From: Proteobacteria bacterium UBA1148
Lineage (GTDB): Bacteria > Pseudomonadota > Gammaproteobacteria > Steroidobacterales > Rariloculaceae
DNA length: 54,250 bases
Direction of reading: 5' to 3'
NCBI GenBank assembly: GCA_002311835.1
Contig: DBZY01000013.1
Location: 6,664 to 60,913 of the forward strand
Position numbers and translations under genes: made by a program. The notes beneath the pieces were generated by a model. The model was given only the letters and a program-made list of their open reading frames with translations, was not told where the DNA came from and did not search any database. This document shows, one piece after another, positions 45,843 through 54,250 of this stretch (within the stretch, counting starts at the first letter, position 1; each line of letters opens with the position of its first letter).

Positions 45843-45865
45843 CGTGTTGCTATATCCAATACTGA

Positions 45866-47233
45866 TCACAGTTGAACAACAAAATTTGCTTCGGTCTTCT
45901 CCTCGACTTCCTTGAGCGTCACTCCAGGCATAACCTCCACTAAAGTTAGTTGACCATCAATAAACTGAAACTTTGCTAACTCGGTAACCAGCACTGTTAC
46001 GGCGTTAACCGCGGTCAGAGGCAATGTGCACTCCTTGACGACTTTGGATGAGCCGTCTCGGCTCGTGTGCGTCATAGTAACGATCAATCTCTTTGCCCCA
46101 GAAGCTAGATCCATAGCTCCACCCAGACCCAGAAGTGGCTTACCAGGCACCGCCCAGTTAGACAAATTCCCTTGCTCATCGACCTGCAACCCACCCAGTA
46201 TCGCCACATCCAGATGCCCACCTCTAATCATCGCGAAAGAACTAGCGCTGTCAAAGTAGCTACTTCCGGGTAATGCGGTTACAGGAATCTTGCCTGCATT
46301 GACTGGATAATCCATTGCACCACCGGACTCCGGCTCGGGACCAACTCCTAACATGCCATTCTCACTATGCACCGTAATGTCCAACTCCGGCGTAATGAGA
46401 TCCGCAACCAGGGTGGGAATCCCAATCCCCAGATTCACGACATCTCCAGGTCTAAGTTCTTCTAGTGCCGATTTGGCCATTCTCATCCGAGACTCATCAA
46501 CCTTTTTCAAACTGCTAGCCACCGAAGCGGATGAACCTAGCTCTTCAAGAGTTGTATGAGCCTGAACCAAATAGTCTACGAAACAACCGGGTGTATGAAT
46601 GTGATTGGGATCAAGTTCTCCGATCGGTACGATATGTTCCACCTCAGCGATAACAATCTTACCTGCAGTGGCCGCTGCCTGATTGAAATTATTTTCCGTC
46701 ATTCTATACACGAGATTTCCCGCTAAATCCGCCTGCCAGGCGCGGACTAATGCAACATCTGCCGTCAACGCAGGCTGAACAATATATTCCTTACCGTCAC
46801 TTACATAGTTATCACAACCCTCTGAGAACTGGGTCCCTGCTCCAGTGGGGGTCAAAAATCCTCCAAGACCCGCACCACCTGCACGAATCGCTTCTGCGAG
46901 ATTACCCTGAGGTAACAACTCTACCTCCAGATCACCTGACTGGAACGCCTCGACGACCTCCGGGTTGGTCGTAAAGAAAGACCCAATCGCTTTTTTCAAT
47001 TGCCCGTTACGCAACATCCGGCCTCCACCCATACCAGGCTCACCAACATTGTTGCTGATCATTGTCAGATTCTTTACATCCGTCTCGGCGATAGCATCCA
47101 ATAAATGTATCGGTGTCCCAGTCATACCAAAACCGCCCACAACGACAACATCACCGGACTTAATTTTCAGTGCTGCCTCTTTAACAGAGATCTGAGGTAC
47201 CTTCTTCATAAGACAATCAACATGGTTCATCAA
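45866..47233 (-). CDS. family I CoA-transferase with fused A and B subunits (3-oxoacid CoA-transferase type)
   Basis: 455-aa ORF. The N-terminal half carries [19 protein letters not shown] (subunit A). The C-terminal half carries GIGIPTLVA and the catalytic SENG motif (VHSENGMLG) of subunit B. Confidence 0.85.
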   Translation of the reverse strand: MMNHVDCLMKKVPQISVKEAALKIKSGDVVVVGGFGMTGTPIHLLDAIAETDVKNLTMISNNVGEPGMGGGRMLRNGQLKKAIGSFFTTNPEVVEAFQSGDLEVELLPQGNLAEAIRAGGAGLGGFLTPTGAGTQFSEGCDNYVSDGKEYIVQPALTADVALVRAWQADLAGNLVYRMTENNFNQAAATAGKIVIAEVEHIVPIGELDPNHIHTPGCFVDYLVQAHTTLEELGSSASVASSLKKVDESRMRMAKSALEELRPGDVVNLGIGIPTLVADLITPELDITVHSENGMLGVGPEPESGGAMDYPVNAGKIPVTALPGSSYFDSASSFAMIRGGHLDVAILGGLQVDEQGNLSNWAVPGKPLLGLGGAMDLASGAKRLIVTMTHTSRDGSSKVVKECTLPLTAVNAVTVLVTELAKFQFIDGQLTLVEVMPGVTLKEVEEKTEANFVVQL

Positions 47234-47593
47234 CGATTGCTTTATACTTTAAAAACATTACCTTATTAAATAATCCTAAACTGATACAAAGCTTATTTAT
47301 GTGTATCTAGAGCATCCCTCGTAGTTTATCCACCCTCAATAGAAATACTTGTCGATGGGACCACTATTTGATTCTAGTGTCTGAAAACAACACTCGTGGA
47401 CTGAGTAGATTCTAAGGCGCTGAGAGGGAGTTCATTATCACCTATGGATCAGGAAAAAAGCGGCTGGCTACTAGTGGCAGTAGGCATGGCTCATCCGAAT
47501 TTAGGCTGATTTATTGGGCAAAATAGCGCAGCTTTATCTATCAGTATGGCGCATCTCTTTGTCGTCACACAATAATTTGAGCGTGGCCGTTCG

Positions 47594-47965
47594 CTAGAGG
47601 ATCTCGAGGGAATCTCTATCTAGCGATAATTTCCGTCTACCTTCTCGACCAAGATCGCCAGATACTTGGATGCGATCCCCGACTTCAATCGTTTCAATGG
47701 TCCAGCCAGACCTCGCCATAACCCCCAGATTCGCAGACTCCACATCCCATATCTCCATAACCCCATCGCCTCTTGCAACTTCTAGATAATAGTGGACATG
47801 TGGATTCCCCCAAAACACCTCCACCACCACACCTTCGATTGTGCCAAGCTCATCGACGTAGTTGGCTGCATACGCATGATGCCCTCTTGCCAGCGAACCC
47901 CCCAAAGCGGAGAAGCACGAGAACGCTAACAACCAAAATAGCATCTTCATCTTTAACCCTCCCAA
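47594..47965 (-). CDS. small secreted HH...NPH-motif protein (DUF6152-like), copy c
   Basis: 123-aa ORF with a signal peptide, then GHHAYAANYVD-x-GNPHVHYYLEV. It is a paralog of 28986..29429. ATG at 47950 is an alternative start. Confidence 0.7.
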   Translation of the reverse strand: MGGLKMKMLFWLLAFSCFSALGGSLARGHHAYAANYVDELGTIEGVVVEVFWGNPHVHYYLEVARGDGVMEIWDVESANLGVMARSGWTIETIEVGDRIQVSGDLGREGRRKLSLDRDSLEIL

Positions 47966-47986
47966 ACGCGATGAATTAACGGTCTC

Positions 47987-49021
47987 TTAGAGACGATTAC
48001 TGGAGCGCCCCCAATGTTCTTCGAGCCGACCCTCCAAATATAAGCCACGGTAAAAAGGATACGGGTCACAGGAATATGCGGGAATTTCTGTATCTTCGGA
48101 CTGTTTTATTCGCACTTGATGCATCAACCCAGGGCGATGGTAGTTCACCGGGTCATCCATGCTGAACTCAATATGAAGTCGACCATCATCATCGAGATAC
48201 CAGCGTTCCGTAAAAACTGCGTTTGATGAAATGGGCATACCTGGAGCATCCCATACTCCTCTCTTGAGGCCTCGGGTTTCAATTACAAAAGTGGAACCTT
48301 CCCAATGCCCGATAGAATATCCCATCGACAGGTTCATATTTTCTATATCATCGGGAAAACCTCGATCTAGGTAAACCCGGCGTATTTCGTGCATATCCTC
48401 ATACAAAATGATGATGCGATTGTTAACATCCAATACCTCAATATCGAATGGACCATGCGACATACGGATCATCCCATCTGATACGCAACGCAAAATTGGG
48501 TCGTCCATGGTCTCATCGTACACGGCATCAGCTGTACGCCCGGCCTCAGTCAAATCAAATACACCCTTACCAATGTAATCGGGCTCTCCCCAGATCCCTG
48601 TAAGATCAACTGGATTGGGAGGCGGAGGAGAGCCGGGCCTCACCAGTCGGGTGGCGCGCCAAGCACCTCTATCTTCTCCATCCTCTGTAACCGTTCCGTG
48701 GATACTGCCATTCTCTAGAACGCCTTCCAGAACACTGAGGTGCGGCTGATCTGGTAAATCAACCCAATCCATATCGAAACTAATCCGATTACCATCGAGT
48801 TCTATCAAGTTTACGGGGCCTCCATCAATATAGATTTCCAAACCTCCCGCACCACTCTCGATCGCCAACGTGCCGTAAGCCGGTCTGTATTCATAACCCG
48901 ACTCAACCCAAAGTTCCCACAGACTCACAAAGACATCCTCTTGTTGGGCAGAGACATAAGGCACGACGAGTGCAAATAAGACAACCGCAATTACTCCAAG
49001 CCGTTTTAATAATTCGAACAT
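47987..49021 (-). CDS. uncharacterised secreted protein, W(E/D)GDTLVV-motif family with an extra N-terminal domain, copy c
   Basis: 344-aa ORF with a signal peptide. The C-terminal ~220 aa carry LTGIW, LTEAGRTADAVYDE, RC, RRVYLD, GYSIGHWEGSTFVIET and ERWYLDDD. About 110 extra residues precede LTGIW. Confidence 0.7.
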   Translation of the reverse strand: MFELLKRLGVIAVVLFALVVPYVSAQQEDVFVSLWELWVESGYEYRPAYGTLAIESGAGGLEIYIDGGPVNLIELDGNRISFDMDWVDLPDQPHLSVLEGVLENGSIHGTVTEDGEDRGAWRATRLVRPGSPPPPNPVDLTGIWGEPDYIGKGVFDLTEAGRTADAVYDETMDDPILRCVSDGMIRMSHGPFDIEVLDVNNRIIILYEDMHEIRRVYLDRGFPDDIENMNLSMGYSIGHWEGSTFVIETRGLKRGVWDAPGMPISSNAVFTERWYLDDDGRLHIEFSMDDPVNYHRPGLMHQVRIKQSEDTEIPAYSCDPYPFYRGLYLEGRLEEHWGRSSNRL

Positions 49022-49434
49022 ATCATGTCTCTGATGTAGAAAAGAATATCCATATTATAGTGTTTGACATCGCTAGAATCGACGCTGCAATGGAGCCAAA
49101 GACGTCCCAGAGCCCTCTAACTGCGGCTTTTTCTTAAGGTCTGCGCCCCAATATAGTCCAACAAAATCTATTAACTTCTGGAGGTATATGGGAACATATA
49201 AAAGCAAATATCTATGTAAAATGACTGACTTGTATACATACCTTGACAATCTATCAGCGGATGAAGGTTTTCAATCTTCGCAAGCGTATATCGTAAAAAA
49301 TTATGAGAACTCATAGAATTTCTGCGCAAAAATAATAAATACTTATTTCGCCTCGAATATTCAAAATAATTTAAACGAATTGATGGGCTGACCCGTTTCA
49401 AAACTTAACAAAACTATTAGTTAGCTAATGTTTT

Positions 49435-50871
49435 TTATGGATTCACATAAGTGGTCTTAGTAGCAGTGTAGAACTGCTCAGCCGCCTGTCCTTGCTCGCG
49501 TGGTCCGAAGCTTGAGTTGCGACGTCCACCGAATGGTACGTGGTAGTCGACACCTGCAGTCGGCAGATTAACCATCACCATACCTGCCGACGAGTTGCGC
49601 TTAAAATGACTAGCGTGTTTTAGCGAAGTTGTACAGATTCCAGCTGAGAGCCCAAAATCTGTATCGTTTGCAACAGTCAAGGCTTCTTCGTAATCATGCG
49701 CCCGTATCACGGAAGCAATTGGGCCAAACATCTCCTCCTGATTAATGCGCATCGCATTATTTGTCTCAATAAAAAGAGTTGGCGCTAGATAGTAGCCATC
49801 AGTATCACGCTCAAGTCGAGCACCTCCGGTGGCCATTTCGGCACCCTCCGAACATCCCACCTCAATATAGTTTAGATCCTCTTCAAATTGTCTGTCATCC
49901 ACGACAGGTCCCATTTGTGTACCAGGCTTAAGCGCATGATCAACGATCAGACTTTCCATTCTTTCGATCAAACGCTCTACAAAGCGGTCGTGAATATCAG
50001 CACCAACAATTAGTCGCGAGGAAGCTGTACAACGTTGTCCCGTTGAATAGAAAGCCCCGTTGATAGCACATTCCACGGCTGTCTCAAGATCAGCATCATC
50101 CAATACGATCAAAGGATTTTTGCCCCCCATCTCTAATTGCACTCGCGCCTGTCGCTCAGCGGTCTTAACAAGAATCTCACGTCCCGTAGCAACCGACCCG
50201 GTAAATGAAATCGCATTGACTAATGGAGAATTAACAATGGTTTCTCCCACCTCTTGCCCAGAACCCATAACGAGATTAAACACTCCAGCTGGCAAACCCG
50301 ACTCCGCAATAATCTGAGTGAGGGACTGCGCGCTCGCCGGAACCAGTGTGGCTGGCTTGAAAACCACTGTATTGCCAAAAGCTAGCGCGGGCGCAATTTT
50401 CCAAGCAGGAATCGCAATAGGAAAATTCCAAGGCGTGATGATACCAACAACACCAATAGGTTCACGCACGACCTCCACGTCAACACCCGGACGCACAGAG
50501 TCCATGCTCACCCCAGCAATACGCACTGCCTCACCCGCAAAAAACTTAAAGATATGCCCTGCCCGTTCAACTTCTCCGATACCTTCCGCAAGCACCTTTC
50601 CTTCCTCGCGAGATAAAAGCGTGCCAAGCTCCTCCTTGCGAGAAAGAATCTCACTACCAATCCGATCGAGCATCTCAGCTCTCTGATGAATTCCACTCTC
50701 TCTCCACGATCCCGATATTTTTTGAGCCGCATTAATTGCATCATTCGTTTGAGCTTTGTTAGATGATGCAAAATCTCCGATACAGTCACTTGTGTCCGAC
50801 GGATTGAGGTCCGCAACAGCACTGCTTCCTTCCACCCAAGCCCCATCGATATAGCTCTTATTCACCTTCAT
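49435..50871 (-). CDS. NAD(P)-dependent aldehyde dehydrogenase
   Basis: ALDH motifs are present: FTGSVATG, LEMGGKNP and STGQRCTASSR. The ORF track extends to 51042, but ATG at 50871 (MKVNKSYIDGAWVEG) has an AGAGG RBS and avoids overlap with the upstream gene. Confidence 0.85.
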   Translation of the reverse strand: MKVNKSYIDGAWVEGSSAVADLNPSDTSDCIGDFASSNKAQTNDAINAAQKISGSWRESGIHQRAEMLDRIGSEILSRKEELGTLLSREEGKVLAEGIGEVERAGHIFKFFAGEAVRIAGVSMDSVRPGVDVEVVREPIGVVGIITPWNFPIAIPAWKIAPALAFGNTVVFKPATLVPASAQSLTQIIAESGLPAGVFNLVMGSGQEVGETIVNSPLVNAISFTGSVATGREILVKTAERQARVQLEMGGKNPLIVLDDADLETAVECAINGAFYSTGQRCTASSRLIVGADIHDRFVERLIERMESLIVDHALKPGTQMGPVVDDRQFEEDLNYIEVGCSEGAEMATGGARLERDTDGYYLAPTLFIETNNAMRINQEEMFGPIASVIRAHDYEEALTVANDTDFGLSAGICTTSLKHASHFKRNSSAGMVMVNLPTAGVDYHVPFGGRRNSSFGPREQGQAAEQFYTATKTTYVNP

Positions 50872-50905
50872 TACCTCTTTAATAAGACGTCTCGTTGCTT
50901 GCGAG

Positions 50906-52582
50906 TTAACTTTGCACAGGCGACGACTTGCGAATCTCACTGAGAGACTGCCCGGGCGTGAGTGCTTCTGGATCAATGCGCAACTCAAGTATCGCAGGCT
51001 TGCCGCTCGAACGCGCCCGATCAAACGCTGCGGGAAATTCATCGGTTCTCTCTACAACCTCGCCGTACCCTCCGAACGCACGCGCATAGGCTTCAAAGTC
51101 TGGATTCACCAATTCTGTACCACTGACTCGGCCGGGAAAGTGACGTTCCTGGTGCATTCGAATCGTACCAAGCATTTGATTATTAACAACCAAACACACT
51201 ATGTTCGCACCATACTGAACCGCGGTCGCGAATTCCTGGCCATTCATCAGGAAACATCCATCACCCGCAAAAGCGACAACCTCCCGTTCTGGGTACCGCA
51301 GCTTTGCGGCAATTGCAGCAGGCACGCCGTATCCCATTGAGCCTGCGGTCGGCGCGAGTTGTGTTCCAAACTGTCGATACCGATAAAAACGATGAACCCA
51401 GACCGTATAGTTCCCCGCTCCATTGGTAAGAATCGCATCCTGCGGCAGGGTCTCACACAGATATGCCATGACCTCGCCCATCTGGAGGTCCCCCGGAATC
51501 ACGGTTGGGAGGTTATGGGCCCGAAAATCATCATTAGCAGACTGTACCCACTTGGACCAACGACTAGCGTCTAGAGTTGGTACCTGTTCCAAGACTGCAG
51601 CCATAGCGCTTGGATCCGCATTTATCGGGAGTTGAGCCTGATATACACGTCCAAGTTCCTCCGGATCAGCATGTACATGGATCAGCTTTTGATTAGGGTT
51701 CGGAATATTTAACAGAGAATACCCACTTGTTGATACTTCACCCAACCGGGCACCTAAAACGAGAAGAAGGTCTGCATCTTGGACTCGGTCTGCAAGTTTT
51801 TGGTCTATCCCCAACCCGAGATAACCTGAAAACAGTGGGTGAGCATTATCAAAATAGTCCTGACGACGAAAAGAAGTAACCACTGGAAGTCCGAATCGTT
51901 CAGCGAATGATTGTACGTTGTTGACGGTAGTTGTATCCCAACCGCCACCTCCTAAAATAAGTAAAGGCCGTTTAGCCTCACTCATCATGGACCGTAGTGT
52001 TTCCATAGCGTCAGCACTGGGGCAAGCTCGTGCCGTGCGATAGGACTGAACATCCTCAACACTTGCAGTCTCAAATAACATATCTTCGGGAAGCGCTAGC
52101 ACAACTGGTCCTGGACGCCCGGCTGTAGCAACACAGAAAGCTCGGGAAACCATCTCTGGAATTCGCGCCGCTTCATCAATCTGTGCAACCCACTTGGATA
52201 ATGGACCGTACATCCGCCGAAAATCGATCTCTTGAAAAGCCTCGCGCTCCATCATCGCCCTGCTTACTTGGCCTACGAACAAAATCAGAGGAGTTGAGTC
52301 CTGGTGTGCAATATGGACCCCCAGACTGGCGTTGGTTGCTCCAGGTCCCCGCGTGACCATGCAAATACCGGGCCGATGGGTGAGTTTGCCATCCGCCTCA
52401 GCCATGATTGCTGCTCCTCCTTCTTGGCGGCATGCAAAGAAATGGAGCTTATCCTGATGATCATGTAACGCATCCAGCAGAGCAAGATAACTCTCACCAG
52501 GCACACCAAAAATATGCTGCACGCCTTGTGCGAGCAACTGATCCACTAGGATCTGGCCACCTGTTCTAGGACTACTAGTCAC
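50906..52582 (-). CDS. thiamine-diphosphate-dependent enzyme (acetolactate synthase large-subunit-like)
   Basis: 558-aa ORF with a three-domain ALS-like pattern and the TPP motif GDGCFLMNGQEFATAVQYGANIVCLVVNN. GTG start. Confidence 0.8.
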   Translation of the reverse strand: MTSSPRTGGQILVDQLLAQGVQHIFGVPGESYLALLDALHDHQDKLHFFACRQEGGAAIMAEADGKLTHRPGICMVTRGPGATNASLGVHIAHQDSTPLILFVGQVSRAMMEREAFQEIDFRRMYGPLSKWVAQIDEAARIPEMVSRAFCVATAGRPGPVVLALPEDMLFETASVEDVQSYRTARACPSADAMETLRSMMSEAKRPLLILGGGGWDTTTVNNVQSFAERFGLPVVTSFRRQDYFDNAHPLFSGYLGLGIDQKLADRVQDADLLLVLGARLGEVSTSGYSLLNIPNPNQKLIHVHADPEELGRVYQAQLPINADPSAMAAVLEQVPTLDASRWSKWVQSANDDFRAHNLPTVIPGDLQMGEVMAYLCETLPQDAILTNGAGNYTVWVHRFYRYRQFGTQLAPTAGSMGYGVPAAIAAKLRYPEREVVAFAGDGCFLMNGQEFATAVQYGANIVCLVVNNQMLGTIRMHQERHFPGRVSGTELVNPDFEAYARAFGGYGEVVERTDEFPAAFDRARSSGKPAILELRIDPEALTPGQSLSEIRKSSPVQS

Positions 52583-52692
52583 ACAAACAATCCTTTATGG
52601 CTGATGCGTGGCAGCGCTGTGTTGGAACGAATCATTACTTTGACTCAAATCTACCGTCTGCTAATTACAGATACGTCGGCGATGCGCTCAAG

Positions 52693-53103
52693 CTAACCAG
52701 GACCAACAGCCTCAACCGTTACCGAGTCTTCCAAAGCCTCATAGCGATGCTCAACATAGGCTGGAACAACAACCATATCTCCGGGCTCAAGGAGAAACTC
52801 ACGATCCCCACTGAATGCTCTTAATCTTCCCTCTAGCAGCATTACAATTAATTCGTTGGCATGGTTGTGGGCGATTGTCGAGGTACCCGCGGGCCATTCA
52901 ACCCTGATAGATCTAATAGTTGCCGCAGCAACCCGGCGAACAACACGACCATCTTCCGCATTTTGAGCGGAAATTCCGTCCCATGTATGGAAGGTCATCT
53001 CAGGCTCAGTGATCTGTTGTGAACTACTCAGTTGAGAAAACATAGCACCAATAAGTGCTACAACTGCAATGATAAGTCTGTTCATAACGTTTAAGGACTC
53101 CAA
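52693..53103 (-). CDS. cupin domain protein with signal peptide
   Basis: 136-aa ORF with a hydrophobic leader and the cupin motif IAHNHANELIVMLLEGRL. Confidence 0.65.
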   Translation of the reverse strand: MESLNVMNRLIIAVVALIGAMFSQLSSSQQITEPEMTFHTWDGISAQNAEDGRVVRRVAAATIRSIRVEWPAGTSTIAHNHANELIVMLLEGRLRAFSGDREFLLEPGDMVVVPAYVEHRYEALEDSVTVEAVGPG

Positions 53104-53259
53104 TCAGTCTTATGGAATATTGATTCTAGGGTTGCGACAAGGGGATTGGAACTCCAGACCGGTAAAACTGATACTTCATATACTCATTGATCCGACAATC
53201 CAGTTACGCACATATTATTCCGCGGTTATCCTTCTGGTAAGCTCGCGCCATCAGGTCAA

Positions 53260-54228
53260 ATGGTTTATTCAATCATGCTCACACGTCGTGACTGTTTTAA
53301 GTATGCTGCCACTGCCGGAGCAGCCATATCTCTCCCTGTGCAAAGGTTGCTCGGGCAAGTGAGTGCGCCGCTAATAACGCGAAAAATCCCGTCCTCCGGG
53401 GAAGATTTGCCCGTCATTGGACTCGGAGGTGCCGCCACCTTTGGTAGCCTCGCCCAGAGCGGTAACTTGAGCCCCCTGCGAGCGGTTTTGACGACCTTGC
53501 TCGACAATGGCGGCACGGTGTTCGATACGGCGGCGGCCTACGGGGCCTCCGAGGTGATCGCGGGGCGTCTGGCCCAGGAACTCGGAGTCGAGGCACAGCT
53601 TTTCTGGTCCACGAAGGTTAACTCAGCAAAACCAGAATGGGGACCATCTTATCCAGATGTCACCAGACAGCAGATCCAAGACTCCTTTGATCGCATCGGA
53701 AAATCCCCGATTGATCTCATGCAAATCCACAATCTAGGGGATATAAAAACACAACTACCGATGATCCAAGAGTTAAAAGAAGAAGGGCGCGTTCGATATA
53801 TCGGTATCACCTACGACACACCCGATCGCCATGATGAGCTCATACAAGCTATGCGTGATGAAACTTTAGATTTCATTGGCATTGATTATGCAGTGGATAA
53901 TACGGCAGCTGCAGAAACAATTTTGCCGCTAGCACAAGATCAAGGTATTGCTGTCATTATCTACCAACCATTCGGGCGAACAAGGCTATGGAGCCGCGTA
54001 GCTGGCCGCCAAGTGCCTGAATGGGCGCAAGAATTCGATGCCACCACGTGGGCTCAATTCTTCATCAAATATGTAATCGCGCACCCTGCGGTCACTGTAG
54101 TCACGCCTGCAACCAGCAAGCCTGCAAACGTTATCGATAACCTGGCTGGCGGCATGGGACGACTTCCGGATGAGCCTATGAGACATCGTATGGAAGAACT
54201 GGTCGCCGCACTACCCTCAGCGCGTTAA
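53260..54228 (+). CDS. aldo/keto reductase with a twin-arginine (Tat) signal peptide
   Basis: 322-aa ORF. The N-terminus LTRRDCFKYAATAGAAISLP fits S/T-R-R-x-F-L-K. The AKR core is present: FDTAAAYG, DLMQIHN, YIGITY. Confidence 0.8.
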   Translation: MVYSIMLTRRDCFKYAATAGAAISLPVQRLLGQVSAPLITRKIPSSGEDLPVIGLGGAATFGSLAQSGNLSPLRAVLTTLLDNGGTVFDTAAAYGASEVIAGRLAQELGVEAQLFWSTKVNSAKPEWGPSYPDVTRQQIQDSFDRIGKSPIDLMQIHNLGDIKTQLPMIQELKEEGRVRYIGITYDTPDRHDELIQAMRDETLDFIGIDYAVDNTAAAETILPLAQDQGIAVIIYQPFGRTRLWSRVAGRQVPEWAQEFDATTWAQFFIKYVIAHPAVTVVTPATSKPANVIDNLAGGMGRLPDEPMRHRMEELVAALPSAR

Positions 54229-54250
54229 ATTAGCTATAACACATTCTAGA

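Noticed and set aside
49171-49401. 76-aa ORF in the AT-rich spacer between the ALDH gene and module copy c.
   Set aside because: There is no RBS. The composition (Tyr/Phe/Asn/Ile/Lys/Arg-rich) is what random AT-rich DNA yields, and I recognise no family resemblance. I treat it as non-coding spacer.
50872-51042. 57-codon N-terminal extension of the aldehyde dehydrogenase ORF (ORF track start at 51042).
   Set aside because: The extension overlaps the 3' end of the TPP-enzyme gene by 137 nt and is Arg/Ser-rich with no ALDH similarity. The ATG at 50871 has an AGAGG RBS and gives the usual ALDH N-terminus.
1-54250. Scan for tRNA/rRNA genes, CRISPR repeats, transposases or integrases, phage or defence genes, toxin-antitoxin pairs and strong rho-independent terminators.
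   Set aside because: I found no cloverleaf-like or rRNA-like segments. There are no regularly spaced direct repeats, no transposase, recombinase or nuclease-type ORFs, and no GC-rich hairpin followed by a T-run at gene ends. Absence is by eye only. tRNAscan, cmsearch and repeat finders should confirm it.

Overview
This is a 54.25-kb, densely coding accessory-metabolism region with about 50 intact CDS and 2 decayed genes. By eye I found no rRNA, tRNA, CRISPR array, IS element or integrase. The context looks Gram-negative and Proteobacteria-like: lipoboxes, a TctABC-type transporter, a periplasmic c-type cytochrome and ApbE. The taxon cannot be proven from this window. Two things stand out. (1) The first 26 kb hold a complete coenzyme F420 toolkit spread over three operons: fbiC (bifunctional FO synthase), cofC, cofD and a stand-alone cofE. 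With it come an F420-dependent glucose-6-phosphate dehydrogenase (fgd) chained to pgl and abutting gnd. fbiC, cofD and fgd are not in a dedicated cofactor operon. They sit inside a divergently transcribed, apparently GntR-controlled pair of operons. Those operons also encode hydantoinase/oxoprolinase HyuAB, an E1 alpha/beta 2-oxoacid dehydrogenase pair with no E2/E3 in the window, a NitT/TauT ABC importer, an alpha/beta hydrolase, a cyclic amidohydrolase and a luciferase-like oxidoreductase. I read this as a self-sufficient, probably F420-dependent catabolic island for an unidentified cyclic amide or N-heterocycle. (2) An uncharacterised secreted two-gene module occurs three times, always on the minus strand. 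It pairs a small HH...NPH-motif, DUF6152-like protein with a larger protein carrying a W(E/D)GDTLVV-type motif. One copy has a tandem duplication, a diheme cytochrome c and a divergent ApbE flavin transferase. One copy is bracketed by long AT-rich spacers. One copy is decayed by about five frameshifts. The rest is organic-acid and aromatic catabolism: a TTT transporter, split UxaA dehydratase, LigAB-like extradiol dioxygenase, fused CoA-transferase, ALDH and a TPP enzyme. Smaller oddities are an EF-hand pair inserted in a secreted MBL hydrolase and a Tat-signal aldo/keto reductase. All functional calls rest on motif recognition and remembered family signatures; no searches were run.
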